DNA from: Elsinoe ampelina | Taxonomy: Eukaryota | NCBI GenBank assembly: GCA_010093995.1 | Contig: ML992503.1 | Coordinates: forward strand, 347,662 to 411,661 | Direction: 5' to 3' | Length of the DNA stretch: 64,000 bases | Part shown: piece after piece, positions 50,596 to 61,485 of the stretch | Numbering within the stretch: position 1 is the first letter of the stretch | How the letters are laid out: each line of letters begins with the position of its first letter | The notes under the pieces: generated by a model | The model's database searches: none | What the model was told of the DNA's origin: nothing | Seen by the model: the letters and a program-made list of their open reading frames with translations, nothing else | Program-made: the position numbers and the translations under genes

Positions 50596-51653
50596 CGGCC
50601 AGATCATTTCCAGCATTTTTCCTATTTCCACCAAGATCCAGAATAACCAGCATAGACCAGGAGGCTCACAGCGCGGCGTTTGGTTCCATTTCACATGGGC
50701 GGAGGATACCACATAGACCAGGCTTCATTCCCAGCATGCGTGCAGAACCACGAGTTCTCCCAATTTTTCGGTCCCAGTACATAGCCCACAACAACCCATA
50801 GACGAACCTCGAGACAAAAGAGGGGATAGACTCCTACTTAAACTAGCCTCCAACCCGCACATCCTTCCTTCGTACCCAGCAGCGTGGGATGTCGTGCTCA
50901 ACGGCTTGACCATGCAGTTGGTAATTGTATCACCCATCCCACGTTACTGGAAAGCCACGAGAGCCACCACCCGCAATGTAGGAGGGTTGGGGAGCCAATG
51001 GGAGGGAGGGCCGGGGCGGGTTGGTGGCAGCACGCAATTTGGCGTGGGAGGGCGGCGGGGGCGTGGGGAAAAGGGTCTTTTTTTTTCTGGTTTTGCGTAA
51101 CGTGAAAACGAGCAGACTAGCAAGCATGCAGCAGCTGCAGATGAGCGCCGAAGAGTACCCTTTATGGCCCAATCAGACGGGAATTGGAAACCGCTGTACG
51201 CATGTCAGAAATGTCAGATCTCTTGGTGAGGCTAGGTTGGGCATGGACAAGACAGCAACATGACTGCTTAGCACGTGACCCGGCATGTTTACTCAGCTTG
51301 CAAACAATCGTGCGCATCTCTCAAGCCCAGCTGTAGAAACCCACAAGTCGTTGCCATGGTATTGTCGCGAATCATACACGAGCTGTCACTCTGCTCAGAG
51401 CCATTGCTCACGTCGCTTCCATCAATCACGCGTACGCGACTTTCCAATTTCCATGGATGATCAAAACTTGTTTGAGCGTGCTGTGTTGACATGTCCAACC
51501 TGCGAGCCTCGGTATTGCCGAAAGCTTAATTCCCTCTAGCTCCGGGGTCAGATAATCTACACGCGACCGAACCTCCAGCCTGCTCTTCACGAGCCTCGAT
51601 CAAACAATGACAAGCTAAGAGCAATCATCTTCGCAAGTGTATGCGCCATCACA

Positions 51654-53335
51654 ATGTCCGCATCGCCGAGCGAATCTTCGTCGAGACCGAGCAACGGAAG
51701 CACCAGCAGTAGTAGTAGCAAACGACCTCTCGATCCTGTCTTCCGCAATGCGCTGCGATACACAGTCAGCCCGAAAGAGTATGAATTACTGCACAACTAT
51801 CTGCTATCGCGGGCGCCAGCGACAGTCAAGAAGCGAGCACCACAACCCAAAAAGTATGAAGCGATGATGAGGCATGGTGGGGAGTACAATAGTGCCTCCA
51901 TCCGGGCGGCGATAAGAGTGTTTATCGCGGTATACACTGGATTCAAGGGCTGGGAAGTCATATCGGAGAAGCTGCTACGGCGGCGACAGCAGGCAGCCGG
52001 GTAAGTAGCATGGTAATTGCGTCTCTGAGCAATGTCGCTAATATGTTCGAAAGCGCGACAGCACCTCCACCACCAAAAGGCTCAAATGCGCGGATAGCTG
52101 GTTCATTCTCCTTGATACTGCTTTTCCACCGACTATTGTTCCGCTTCTTCACGAGACTGCGAGCATCTTTGCTAGAGTCCTCCTCTGCTCCTTTCCGCGA
52201 TCGCAACCCCAAAGTCGCTCGAGCTCTCACATCATCACTGACCCCTGCTATTGGCGCAGCTTTGTCCGGTCTGTTCTTATCCCTCACACCATCTTCGCCC
52301 CTACGAGTCACAATCGCCATCTACGTCCTCACGCGGTCTCTCGAGTTCAGCTACAACGCCCTCGAGGAATCACGGACCATCTGGAAGAATGGCCGTCCAC
52401 ACTGGTTCGGATCCTGGCTGCTCATGCCCTTCTGCTATGGCCAACTCCTCCACGCCTTCGTCTTCGACCGCGAATGCTTCCCCTCTGCCTTTGGCGACTT
52501 CATCCTCCGCCGCTCACCCGAATACGTCCACTCCCGCCCTGCCAACTACCCATCCCACCTCCCATACCCCTCCACCTACGACATCGTCGACGCCCTCGCC
52601 TCCCTCTCCAAACTGAAATGGCCCGCCTTCACCTCCCCCGTCCTGATCCCAGCCAGCTCCACCAAATCCCTCCCGACTCCCTCCCTCGAGCGCGTCCGCC
52701 CCCTCACGACCCCCGCCCACCCCCTCACGAAACACACCTCGTGCGCGATCCTCCACCCCTCCGACCCCAGCTGCGCCCGCACCCACCTCAAATTCTGGCT
52801 CCAATCCTTCCCCCAAACCCTCAAGCTCATGACCATGATCTACTCGGCCTTTGCCCTGCTCTCCTTCCGCCGCGCCCTCGCCTCCCCGGCCAAATTCTCC
52901 GCCACGCTAGCGGAACGTATCCTCCGTCTCAGCATCTTCATCACCGGCGCCATCGGGTCGGCGTGGGGTAGTATCTGCCTTTTCAACGCTTTGCTACCCA
53001 AGAGTTTCCTCCCGACGCAACGATTCTTTCTCTCGGGCATGGTGGGGGGGAGTTGGGCTTATGTGGCGCGGAGAGGGGAGAGGGGGAATTTTCTGTATTG
53101 TTTGCGGTTGAGTCTGGATAGTGCGTGGAAGGTGGGGAAGAGGAGGGGTTGGTGGAGGGGGGTCAGGGGTGGGGATGTGTTGTTGTTTACGGCGGCGTTG
53201 GCGTTGACGGGGGTGGTGTATGAGAAGAGGAGGATGGCGGTTAGGGGAGGGGTGATTAGGAAGGGGGTGGGGTGGGCGAGAGGGGAGAGCTGGGGGGAGG
53301 GGGAGGTGGAAGGTAAGGGGGAGAAGGAGGAGTAA
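51654..53335 (+). CDS. TMEM135-like multi-pass membrane protein
   Basis: NALRYTVSPKEY, IAIYVLTRSLEF, GQLLHAFVFDRECFP and CAILHPSDPSC with several hydrophobic segments; phase-2 intron 52001-52053 joins the two ORFs. Confidence 0.7.
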
Positions 53336-54656
53336 TGGTGGTTTCGCAATGGAACACTGGTGACACTATGGACGTGTAACGAGTAATGACTAGAGTGAAG
53401 GATTGTGTATATTCTTTCGATACCTGTTGAGGAACGATGCGAGGAATGACTGTTGAGCTTCGCCATGGTAGCGATTGTCCAGCCCGTCTGATCTCCCACT
53501 ACACGCCTAATCCGAGGGTCGAGGAGATGGTAGCACGAGTACGATACGTGCGCCGCTTCGCTCTGCGCTTCCTGTATGACACGTCGGATGCGATCAATTG
53601 CAGTCCCCAGCCACGGTGTGCGGCGCAGCAGCCAAAGCGCAATTGACTGGCGTCAACAGCTGCCTTGACACTTCCCTTGCATGACACGGTTGGATGCAAA
53701 CAATTCTGCAACAGCATGCTTTTTGCTCAGCCTCATCTCGACTTGATTCTCGTTCGACGTCGCGGTTGTACTGACTCGGGAATCATGCTATCACATCGCT
53801 CAATGTTTTGAATCTGAAGCTGGCGCCAATCGTATGGCTCTCAGGTGACCTAAACTGTACGGCACAGTGGGAGCTGAATCAAGATTGGGTCCTTCTTTCA
53901 GAATACTCTCTCGTTTCATCATAGAAATTCCCAGCCGGAGAGATAGTCTTCTCGGCCTCAGCGCTTCGACTCTGCCTCATTCCCCCAAGTGTGAGCAGTG
54001 AGGACGTATAAAGGTAGGCTCCACTTCCTGCCTGCCGATGGAGTCTCGACGAACACTGATATTCCTCTTACGATTTCTATTGCCAAAATGTCTTACAATC
54101 ATATCTTCAAGAAGATCCGCGTGGGAACGGTCGTGAAAGACGGCAAAGGTATCGTCGTTTCCGTGGCGACATCTACCTCTCACTGGCAAAGGACGGATGA
54201 AATGGCTCGACAGCAGGCAGCGCCTTTCCTCGCCGCTGTCGATGACTTCAAGGGCGGCATCGAACAAGGTACCAGCGAAATTTGCGCCAGGTACGTGGTC
54301 CATGTAGAACTATATGAAGGGGTAGGTGAAGGACAGCATTGACCGGCGAGCACAGAGAATCCCAGCACGTCAGTCCTGCTGACAAAAGGAACCATTTCAC
54401 CGCCGTACAGCTCGCCGAGGTCGCCCCGGACGATAAGGTGCCGAGCGACGGCAAGAGCACTCACGTCCCTGTGAAGTAGAGTCGGCTTCGAGAGGGGCTC
54501 AAGAGTTACGAGTCGCGGGATCGTCTGGTGGAATCTTGATCTGGCAGGATCTTGGTCTGCTTCCGCGCTGGGGCATGAGGCATTGTTCGTGACTGTAGAC
54601 TGTCGTTATCTATAATGGATTGCTTTGAGAATCGCAATGGTCAAACTTCGTCTTTG

Positions 54657-55776
54657 TCAGAACCTGAACCATTCATCGGCCAGTAGATCCTTCACCGTTG
54701 GCCTGTCTCTTGGATCTAGTCTCATGATCTTGAGCAGGAAGGACTTGTCCTCTGCTGTGAGTTCACGCGGACTAATGTTCCGGAATGGCTTGAGGGCTTC
54801 CCTGGGCGTTTTGTTCATGATCCAGGTGAGCACCTCCAGCTGCTCGCCATTTGCAATTTCTGCATATGAAGCGGGAAAGGGTCCAAAAAATTCGTGCTGC
54901 CTGATGAGAACTTTTGCCTCATACTCATCATGATCGACGGGGACGTCAGGTTTGAAGATGTGGAAACCATCCCCATATATGAGACTGATCATCTGGCGAG
55001 GCGTCAGTATACTTGCTTTGCCCACCAGGCATCCAGCAGGGAATGTACCGTTGTCCCGAAAGACCACACGTCTGTGGGCTGACCCCACCTCATCTGCAGG
55101 GCTGCCTCAGGGCTCCGGAACATGGATGTGCCAATTGGATCGCCCTCGATTGCATACTTGGAGTCTTGAGGAACCGTGCTCTCCAGGTCGGCCAGCTGAA
55201 CATTAGTTATGCGATCGCTGTCGGGATCGAGGTCTACTAAGATATTGCTTGGTTTGACATCTGGACAGTGTAAGTCTACCATCCTGCCAGGCCCCGGCTT
55301 GTGGCGGGGGGTAGTTACCGGTGTGCACGAATCCATCCTCATGTAGAACGTCCAGTGCGAGGAGGACCCCTTGAGCCACAAATTTGATCTCCGCTCGCGT
55401 AAGTCGTCTACGATTGCAGACACTAAGGCTATCCCTATCCAAGTATTGCAAAATCAGTGCCGTGGTATCTGGATCGCCGTCGAAATCAACCTCGTCGAGG
55501 AGTCGGCGAAGATGCGGCGTTTGGTCCTGGAATCGCAACAGCATGTCCCTCTCGTTGCGGATCCGCCAGTGCCGTGCATACTTGACAATAACAGGCTGCG
55601 GAGATTGCTGACTTCTGTGACGGAATGAGTCGATGGTCCGGTGAGTAGACAGTCCGGCCGCTGTCCCCGCAGCATTCACCGCACACTTACGTCGCCTTCC
55701 ATACCGTCTCCTGCAGCTTCGATGCCAGCACATAGGACCCCAGCCTTCCCTGCAGAGTTTGCCCGAGCTTGAGCAT
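54657..55776 (-). CDS. Fungal Ser/Thr protein kinase with atypical motifs, 4 exons
   Basis: VIVK, RNERD, HTDVKPSNIL, LADLE, GTSMFRSPE, DVWSFG and LDPRDRPTVKDLLADEWF across exons joined by three GT-AG introns. Confidence 0.85.
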
Positions 55777-56099
55777 TGCACTGCTGGAGCGAGAAGGGCT
55801 GTCGAGATTCGTGAAGTTGGAAGATGCCCTGGGAACAGGTCTGGTGCTGGAGAATGTCTGCCAAAGTTGGTGTTGTTGATCTCGAAGCCATGTCACCCCG
55901 CAGCATTAGGCTGGCACGTGACATGCAATTCGTCTCCTGGTGGAGTGGGTATGGCTACATTCTTTTAACCACATTTGATCATATTGGATTCAATCATTAC
56001 AGGATCTGTGACACAGAGGCGCCGCTCATTAACTATAACATCCAGTTCGGACCTAAATCCAGGGGATCGTTTTCAGCGTAAGGTCTCAAGACCTTCTTG

Positions 56100-56537
56100 T
56101 CAATCCGCATGATCTCCATTGTTGTACTTGTTACGACTACAACATCCCCCGTCCCGCGGTCTTTCTGCAAGGCGTGCCCGCAGATGAATCGGTGAATCTA
56201 CCTTGGTCCTCAGGTTGGCGATCATCTTGACTCTGAATACCTCGCAAAGCAGTCCCCTCTCGTTGCAGACCTCCTCGCTATCATCAACGCTCCACAAATC
56301 TTCCTGCTGCCACTCTAGTTCTATCTGCAATTGGTGAAGAATCGCTCTATCGTGGTAGATTCGTTCCCTCTCTTCCATACGTTGGTCGATGAGCCTCATC
56401 TCGTAGTCCTCGAGCGCATCGATGTGGTTTTCTGGCCACAGCTCTGCATAGTCGCCCACTAGATACTCCACAAGCCAAACCAGATCTCGGAACAGAAAGT
56501 TGTTGAAGCGGTCCCAGAGTCCGAGGATGAAGTCCAT
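56100..56537 (-). CDS. Orphan hypothetical protein (145 aa, acidic, helical-looking)
   Basis: ATG-initiated ORF with protein-like composition; no family recognised; 3' end may be spliced. Confidence 0.4.
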   Translation of the reverse strand: MDFILGLWDRFNNFLFRDLVWLVEYLVGDYAELWPENHIDALEDYEMRLIDQRMEERERIYHDRAILHQLQIELEWQQEDLWSVDDSEEVCNERGLLCEVFRVKMIANLRTKVDSPIHLRARLAERPRDGGCCSRNKYNNGDHAD

Positions 56538-56542
56538 GTCTT

Positions 56543-56698
56543 CTGGTAGTTCTTCAGGGTGAATTACTACCAGGATTTGCGTGTGGTGGTAGGGGAAAAG
56601 TCGAGGTTACAATACCTGGTAGTTTTTGCGATTGATGTACTACCAGGGAACACCTGGTATCAGCTAGGGTGGGAGTTGAGGTCACTGTTGCTGGTAGT
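56543..56698. repeat. Array of CTGGTAGT 8-mers forming two identically spaced inverted repeats
   Basis: CTGGTAGT at 56543, 56616 and 56691; ACTACCAG at 56566 and 56639; near copy CTGGTAT at 56654; both inverted pairs have 15-nt spacers. Confidence 0.8.
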
Positions 56699-57460
56699 AC
56701 CTTTGTGGTCGGTAGTGATCAAAGACGAGGTCCTTTTTATACTCGACTCGGCGACAACGACCATGCAAATCACCAAGAAGATTACCAACCTTATACATAC
56801 TATATTTCTTGTGCCGGCAGAGTCACGAGTGGTCTGGCCTATCTGGGACGACCCGAAGAAGGGACGTAAAAGTAAAAGTTGGTGATCCAGCGTCGCAAAA
56901 GGAAGTCGGATGCAGAGTCTTCATAGCTACTTCAGGACTTGAATCGTATGAAGTCTCAGACGTATGCTGTGATCTCCAGCCGTTCAGACGACCTGTCGCC
57001 GTACCGTGCTGCCTCCAGGAAAAGCAGCCAGGGACAGTGTTGGCGATAAGGCGTTGTGGATGAGCAAGAAGCGGCGGAAATGTGAGACTCGACATCGTTG
57101 TCTGCTTCCGTCTCCCACAACGCTACCGCCGAAAGAATGATCAACCCAATGGTCAAATGATGTTGGCATTGTGTGGTTGCAAGTCAATGAGAGAAGCAGA
57201 GCCACGACATGTCGTCGGAGCTGACGGCAGGCACGTGCTTTCGCGAACCAGTTTTCGCATCTCAGGGTCTCGGGCTGCAATTTATTAACGCGTCTCCCAC
57301 TGCACGTCATCGACATGGCCCTGATGAGCTTGAGCTCTTGGGAAGCTCTCGGTAGGTTTCCACGTGTTTCCCGAACCCAGGTCCAAGTCCAATTCTTCTT
57401 CTCCTCATACCCAAATCTGTCTTTAATCCTGAAAACTAGGACTAGAGCAATACCGCAATC

Positions 57461-58704
57461 ATGGCTCCCAAGAGAAAAGCTTCCGTGAGTCTCGCCCAGC
57501 CATTGTGCTTCATCCCTCGAGACTGACCAAACAAGGCTGTGTCCGAGGCAGACAGTGTCATTGACGACTCCCACAGCTCCAAGAAGACCAAGGAGACTCC
57601 TCAGACGGCATCTGCTTCACAGTTGGAGTACTTGACCCTTGCCCGGCCACAATGGGACTTCGAGCGCGAATATGGCGATCCGGAAGACATGCCCCGAGAC
57701 GAGTTCAGCGCTCAGCAAGAGAAGCACCACAAACCAATCGCAGATCTACCGGAGTGGAAGTGGGTCGTGAGCAAAAGGGCAGACGACATCTCTGCAAGAT
57801 ACGATCTAGAGATGCAGAAGAGAGACGCGGACAGGTGGGGATTATACATTTACAACGACTTTACGGGCTACGGCATCCACGAGCTTGTAGAGAATCAGGT
57901 ATTTCTTCCTTCAATTCCCTGAACAGATACCGGCTAACGCCAGACAGCTCCAGCGATGGTACGAGGCCTTCTCCAAGCGAAATGTCCACGAGGCCTTCTT
58001 CCGGATCGAGGCCCTGTCTCACTTCCTATGCACTGAAGATCTCGGTGCCTGGTACAGTAAGACCCCTCGATGCCTAGCGCGAAGAGTACCACACTAACAC
58101 AGGTCCAGACCTCGAAGACGGCCCACGCATGCAAAATCTCAACAACATCATCGTCAAAGCCTTCCTCGCCACCTTCCACCTCATCCACAAGAACGGCCTC
58201 CTTAAGCCCGATACCGGGCTCAAGTCTCTGCGGACCTGTATTAACTTCTTCCTGCAGTACCTCGAGGAGGCTGAGGAAGAGTTTTTCGAGGACCCAGATC
58301 AAGCGAACGATGCTCCCGGGATTGTTGCAGCGTATTGATACAAGAAAGACTTTGAGTATGCCCTAGCGTTTGACATCAAGGAGTTTGTCGAGGACTCGGA
58401 TGTACCAGAGGATATCAACGTGGACGACTCGAGAGACGATCCTTTTGGGGTGGCGAAAGATGTAAGTCGTCCTTGACCCTGCTACTGCTCAGAGTTTGAT
58501 GCTGACCATTGGCAGATGAAGGAGCTCATCAAGCGCTACGGTCACGGTCGACCAAAGAAGATAGGTGGGACACAGTACGACATCACCAAGATGTCAAGCG
58601 CCCAGAGGAAAGGGTATGCTTTTGACAAGGTGGATCCGATGACGGAGGCGTCGGCGCAGTTGAAGGAGGCGGAGAGGGAGGTGCAGGGTGAGGCATATCC
58701 ATAG
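57461..58704 (+). pseudogene. Five-exon fungal hypothetical-protein gene interrupted by one in-frame TGA
   Basis: EWKWVVS, KRDADRWGLYIYNDFTGYGIHELVEN and IGGTQYDITKMSSAQRK resemble an uncharacterised fungal family; four canonical introns (first 57485-57535); TGA at 58336-58338 inside exon 4, with the frame continuing to the next donor. Confidence 0.6.
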
Positions 58705-58984
58705 CTTGTGCTTGGGCACAATCAAGGTCAGCTGAAAGCAGGTTTGTTTGACCCGGCAATGATCTACGTCATCTAGGTGACGAAAAGCGCAGTTTCGCTG
58801 TCTAATGTACACATCTTGGCCACCGGCCTGCGGTTCTTGCTGGACTTCATGATCCGCACGGCTTTCCACGAGACAGACATGCTTTGGAACGAAGAGAATC
58901 GATCCATCAAGTTACGATGTTCCCCCCTCAGTGCAAATTCCTCTCTACTCATAGCGTGGTGGGCGCCATGCTGGACCCTGGGCA

Positions 58985-59326
58985 CTACCTCCCCCAGTAG
59001 CGGGTAGCCTTTTGCTTGACAAAGTGGCATAGGGCAGGAAGCAGCTGTCCGTCGCAACCACAACCATACCACGAGATCCCCGCGCCGCTGATCAGTTTGA
59101 TGGACCTTGTGGCGCACCTGTTCCTGGAGCCACCGTCATCATTGTCGATTTGGCAGACCAAGGCGAGTGTCTGATACGCCGAGGAGCTGTAAAGAGCGAG
59201 GAACACGGCGACGCCCAGAAGTGCTCTCCTATGGTGAAAACTCGCTTCTCTATTCGTAGTGAGGACCTGGACCGCCAGCAGAAGAAGAAGCAGGTTCTCC
59301 AGAGTGAGCGTGTGGAGATAGTCCAT
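58985..59326 (-). CDS. Possible small orphan membrane/secreted protein or degraded gene
   Basis: 113-aa ATG ORF with two N-terminal hydrophobic stretches and several Cys; no family recognised. Confidence 0.25.
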   Translation of the reverse strand: MDYLHTLTLENLLLLLLAVQVLTTNREASFHHRRALLGVAVFLALYSSSAYQTLALVCQIDNDDGGSRNRCATRSIKLISGAGISWYGCGCDGQLLPALCHFVKQKATRYWGR

Positions 59327-60353
59327 GTCGGAGACCTCAGACGATGGAGCCGAATGGGTTGTGATGGCGGCCCTGGACAGAGAATTGGGGCAGCCCGAGC
59401 GGCGCGGTAGGTAGCAAACTCACGCAGCGGAGATACTCGACACAATGCATTGGAAGAAATAACATGATAATCTAGTTCTTCAGCGCGGTGAAAAGAGATG
59501 ACGGCCAAAATCAGGTACAGCCCAGGCAGCCAAGGGGCGGCATTGCTCGCCAAGGTTCCGCTAGGAAGCGCAAACAATCATCTCGAATTGCACTTGGCTC
59601 CTTGACCAGCTCGGTACCATTCTTTCACTTCACCGACATGCTCAGCTGTACGGCGTAGTTCTACAGAGGCGTACAGACAACAACAATCTGGCTGTGATGA
59701 GGTGTTCGGCGATCATGCAGACGCAACCCACTGATGTGTGTCCAGAAGTCATCACAGGAGATGGCTGTTTCGTGCGGTTTTGATACATCGATGGAGAGCT
59801 ACAGCGGAGCGGATGCCTGATCCCTGTGTACATCGGACGAAAATGAAGTAGCTATCAAGTCGACGTCTGTACAGCGAGTAAAGGATGCATGACCCATGTC
59901 TACGGATACAGTGTGTGAGCCTCCGTCCATCCATCTGCCTGTCGTCAACCAGCCAAACTCCTCCTCTCTCATTTCCCTACTTCTCCTCTCAATCCCTTGC
60001 TCTATTTGCGTCTGGAATCTCGCGATAGCCACCGCAATATCCGTCTATTCCCATGACTGATACTGACATTCGGTCCCTTGGGCGGCGGCACAATTGGAGG
60101 AGTCGGAGACGGGTATACGCGAGGACTTATCCGCAATTCCTTTGATCCAGAACCTTTGATAACACCCAGTCAAAGACGGACTGAGTGGAAGCTCTTACCG
60201 CTAATAATCTCTTCAATAAATGATCACATACTCCTCAATAGGTCGGTCCCTCTGAATACCAATGCTTTGTCATCAGACGTGACTGTCGAAGTGCATCGCC
60301 ACTATGCAGCATCGCGCTTCTCCTTTGCCACTCATGTACTTGACATCCTCACA

Positions 60354-61324
60354 ATGTCAAACAGACCTGACGACCCTGCGCCTGCTGGCGACCACACTGC
60401 TTTCTGTGCTGGCATCCGATCTATATATCAAATCCTAGTGCAAGCAGGATTCATCTCAGCCGACGAGATCATATGGCCAGAGCAGCAAACTCCCGAGCAG
60501 CACGACCTGCTCCATTCAGGTCCCCTACCACCAGAGATGCTGTCATTAGCGAAGCAGCTACCATTCCCATCCCCAACAGTACACGAGGAACTCCTCCGTA
60601 CACACAGCGAGCGCTTAAACGCTTCCATGGGCTTGATGATCACGCCCTCCAGCGGCGCCGTGTGCTACCTCTACAAAGACGAGCTCACGGATAGTCGCAA
60701 CGCTTTCGAGGCCGGCCTAGCCGACAGCGAACTCCTCCCAGCATCCTTCAAAATCACCCACTACGGCAACCAGGCAGGGAGCATGTGGCTCTACGATCTA
60801 GCCACCAGTACGCATCCGACCCCCCTCCCCCCCCCAACCTTGAATCCTCTAATCCCTCGGCAGAAACCATCGCCGAACAACCGTACAACCACACTCCAGA
60901 TCCACTGCGAGGACCCGCGGACCAGGTCCTCGCCGTTTGGCTTTCCAACATAAGGACTCTGGCCTGGCTGCCCTGGCGCTTCGAGACGGCGAGGTACGTC
61001 GATGTACGACCGGCGAAGCACGATTATTACCTACGAGAGGGGAGGGGGGACAGTCTGACCGAGGAGGATGCGGAATTGGCAGCTGCTGAATTGAATCACT
61101 TTAATGCCCGGAAGAAGATCTACTTGGATTGTGGATGGCCGGACGACTTTGACGTGCGGAGATTCGAGGCTGCGCAGGGGGAATGGAATCAGGAGTATCG
61201 AGATATTTGCGAGGAGGCGGAAGATAATGACCTTAATGACTTGGTGACGGACACGGTTTATCTGGTTGACAACCCTGACCTGATCGCCTTTGTAGCGAGG
61301 AGCGCGGGGGATATGGCGGTATGA
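60354..61324 (+). CDS. Fungal hypothetical protein (IYxxCGWP-type), 2 exons
   Basis: IYQILVQAGFISADEIIWP, KQLPF, WLYDLAT, IRTLAWLPW and KKIYLDCGWPDDF; phase-1 intron 60808-60863 joins the ORFs. Confidence 0.7.
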
Positions 61325-61485
61325 CACCAGAAACCGAAGCAAAAGAAGTCTATACACGACTAACGAACACTGTATAACCCACGGCCGTAATATCCCCGGC
61401 CCCCTATAGCTACTATACGACATCATCAACGGTCCATCCCACGACCATCACTTCCCACTCCTCCACCCCATCTTCACACCCCTCC

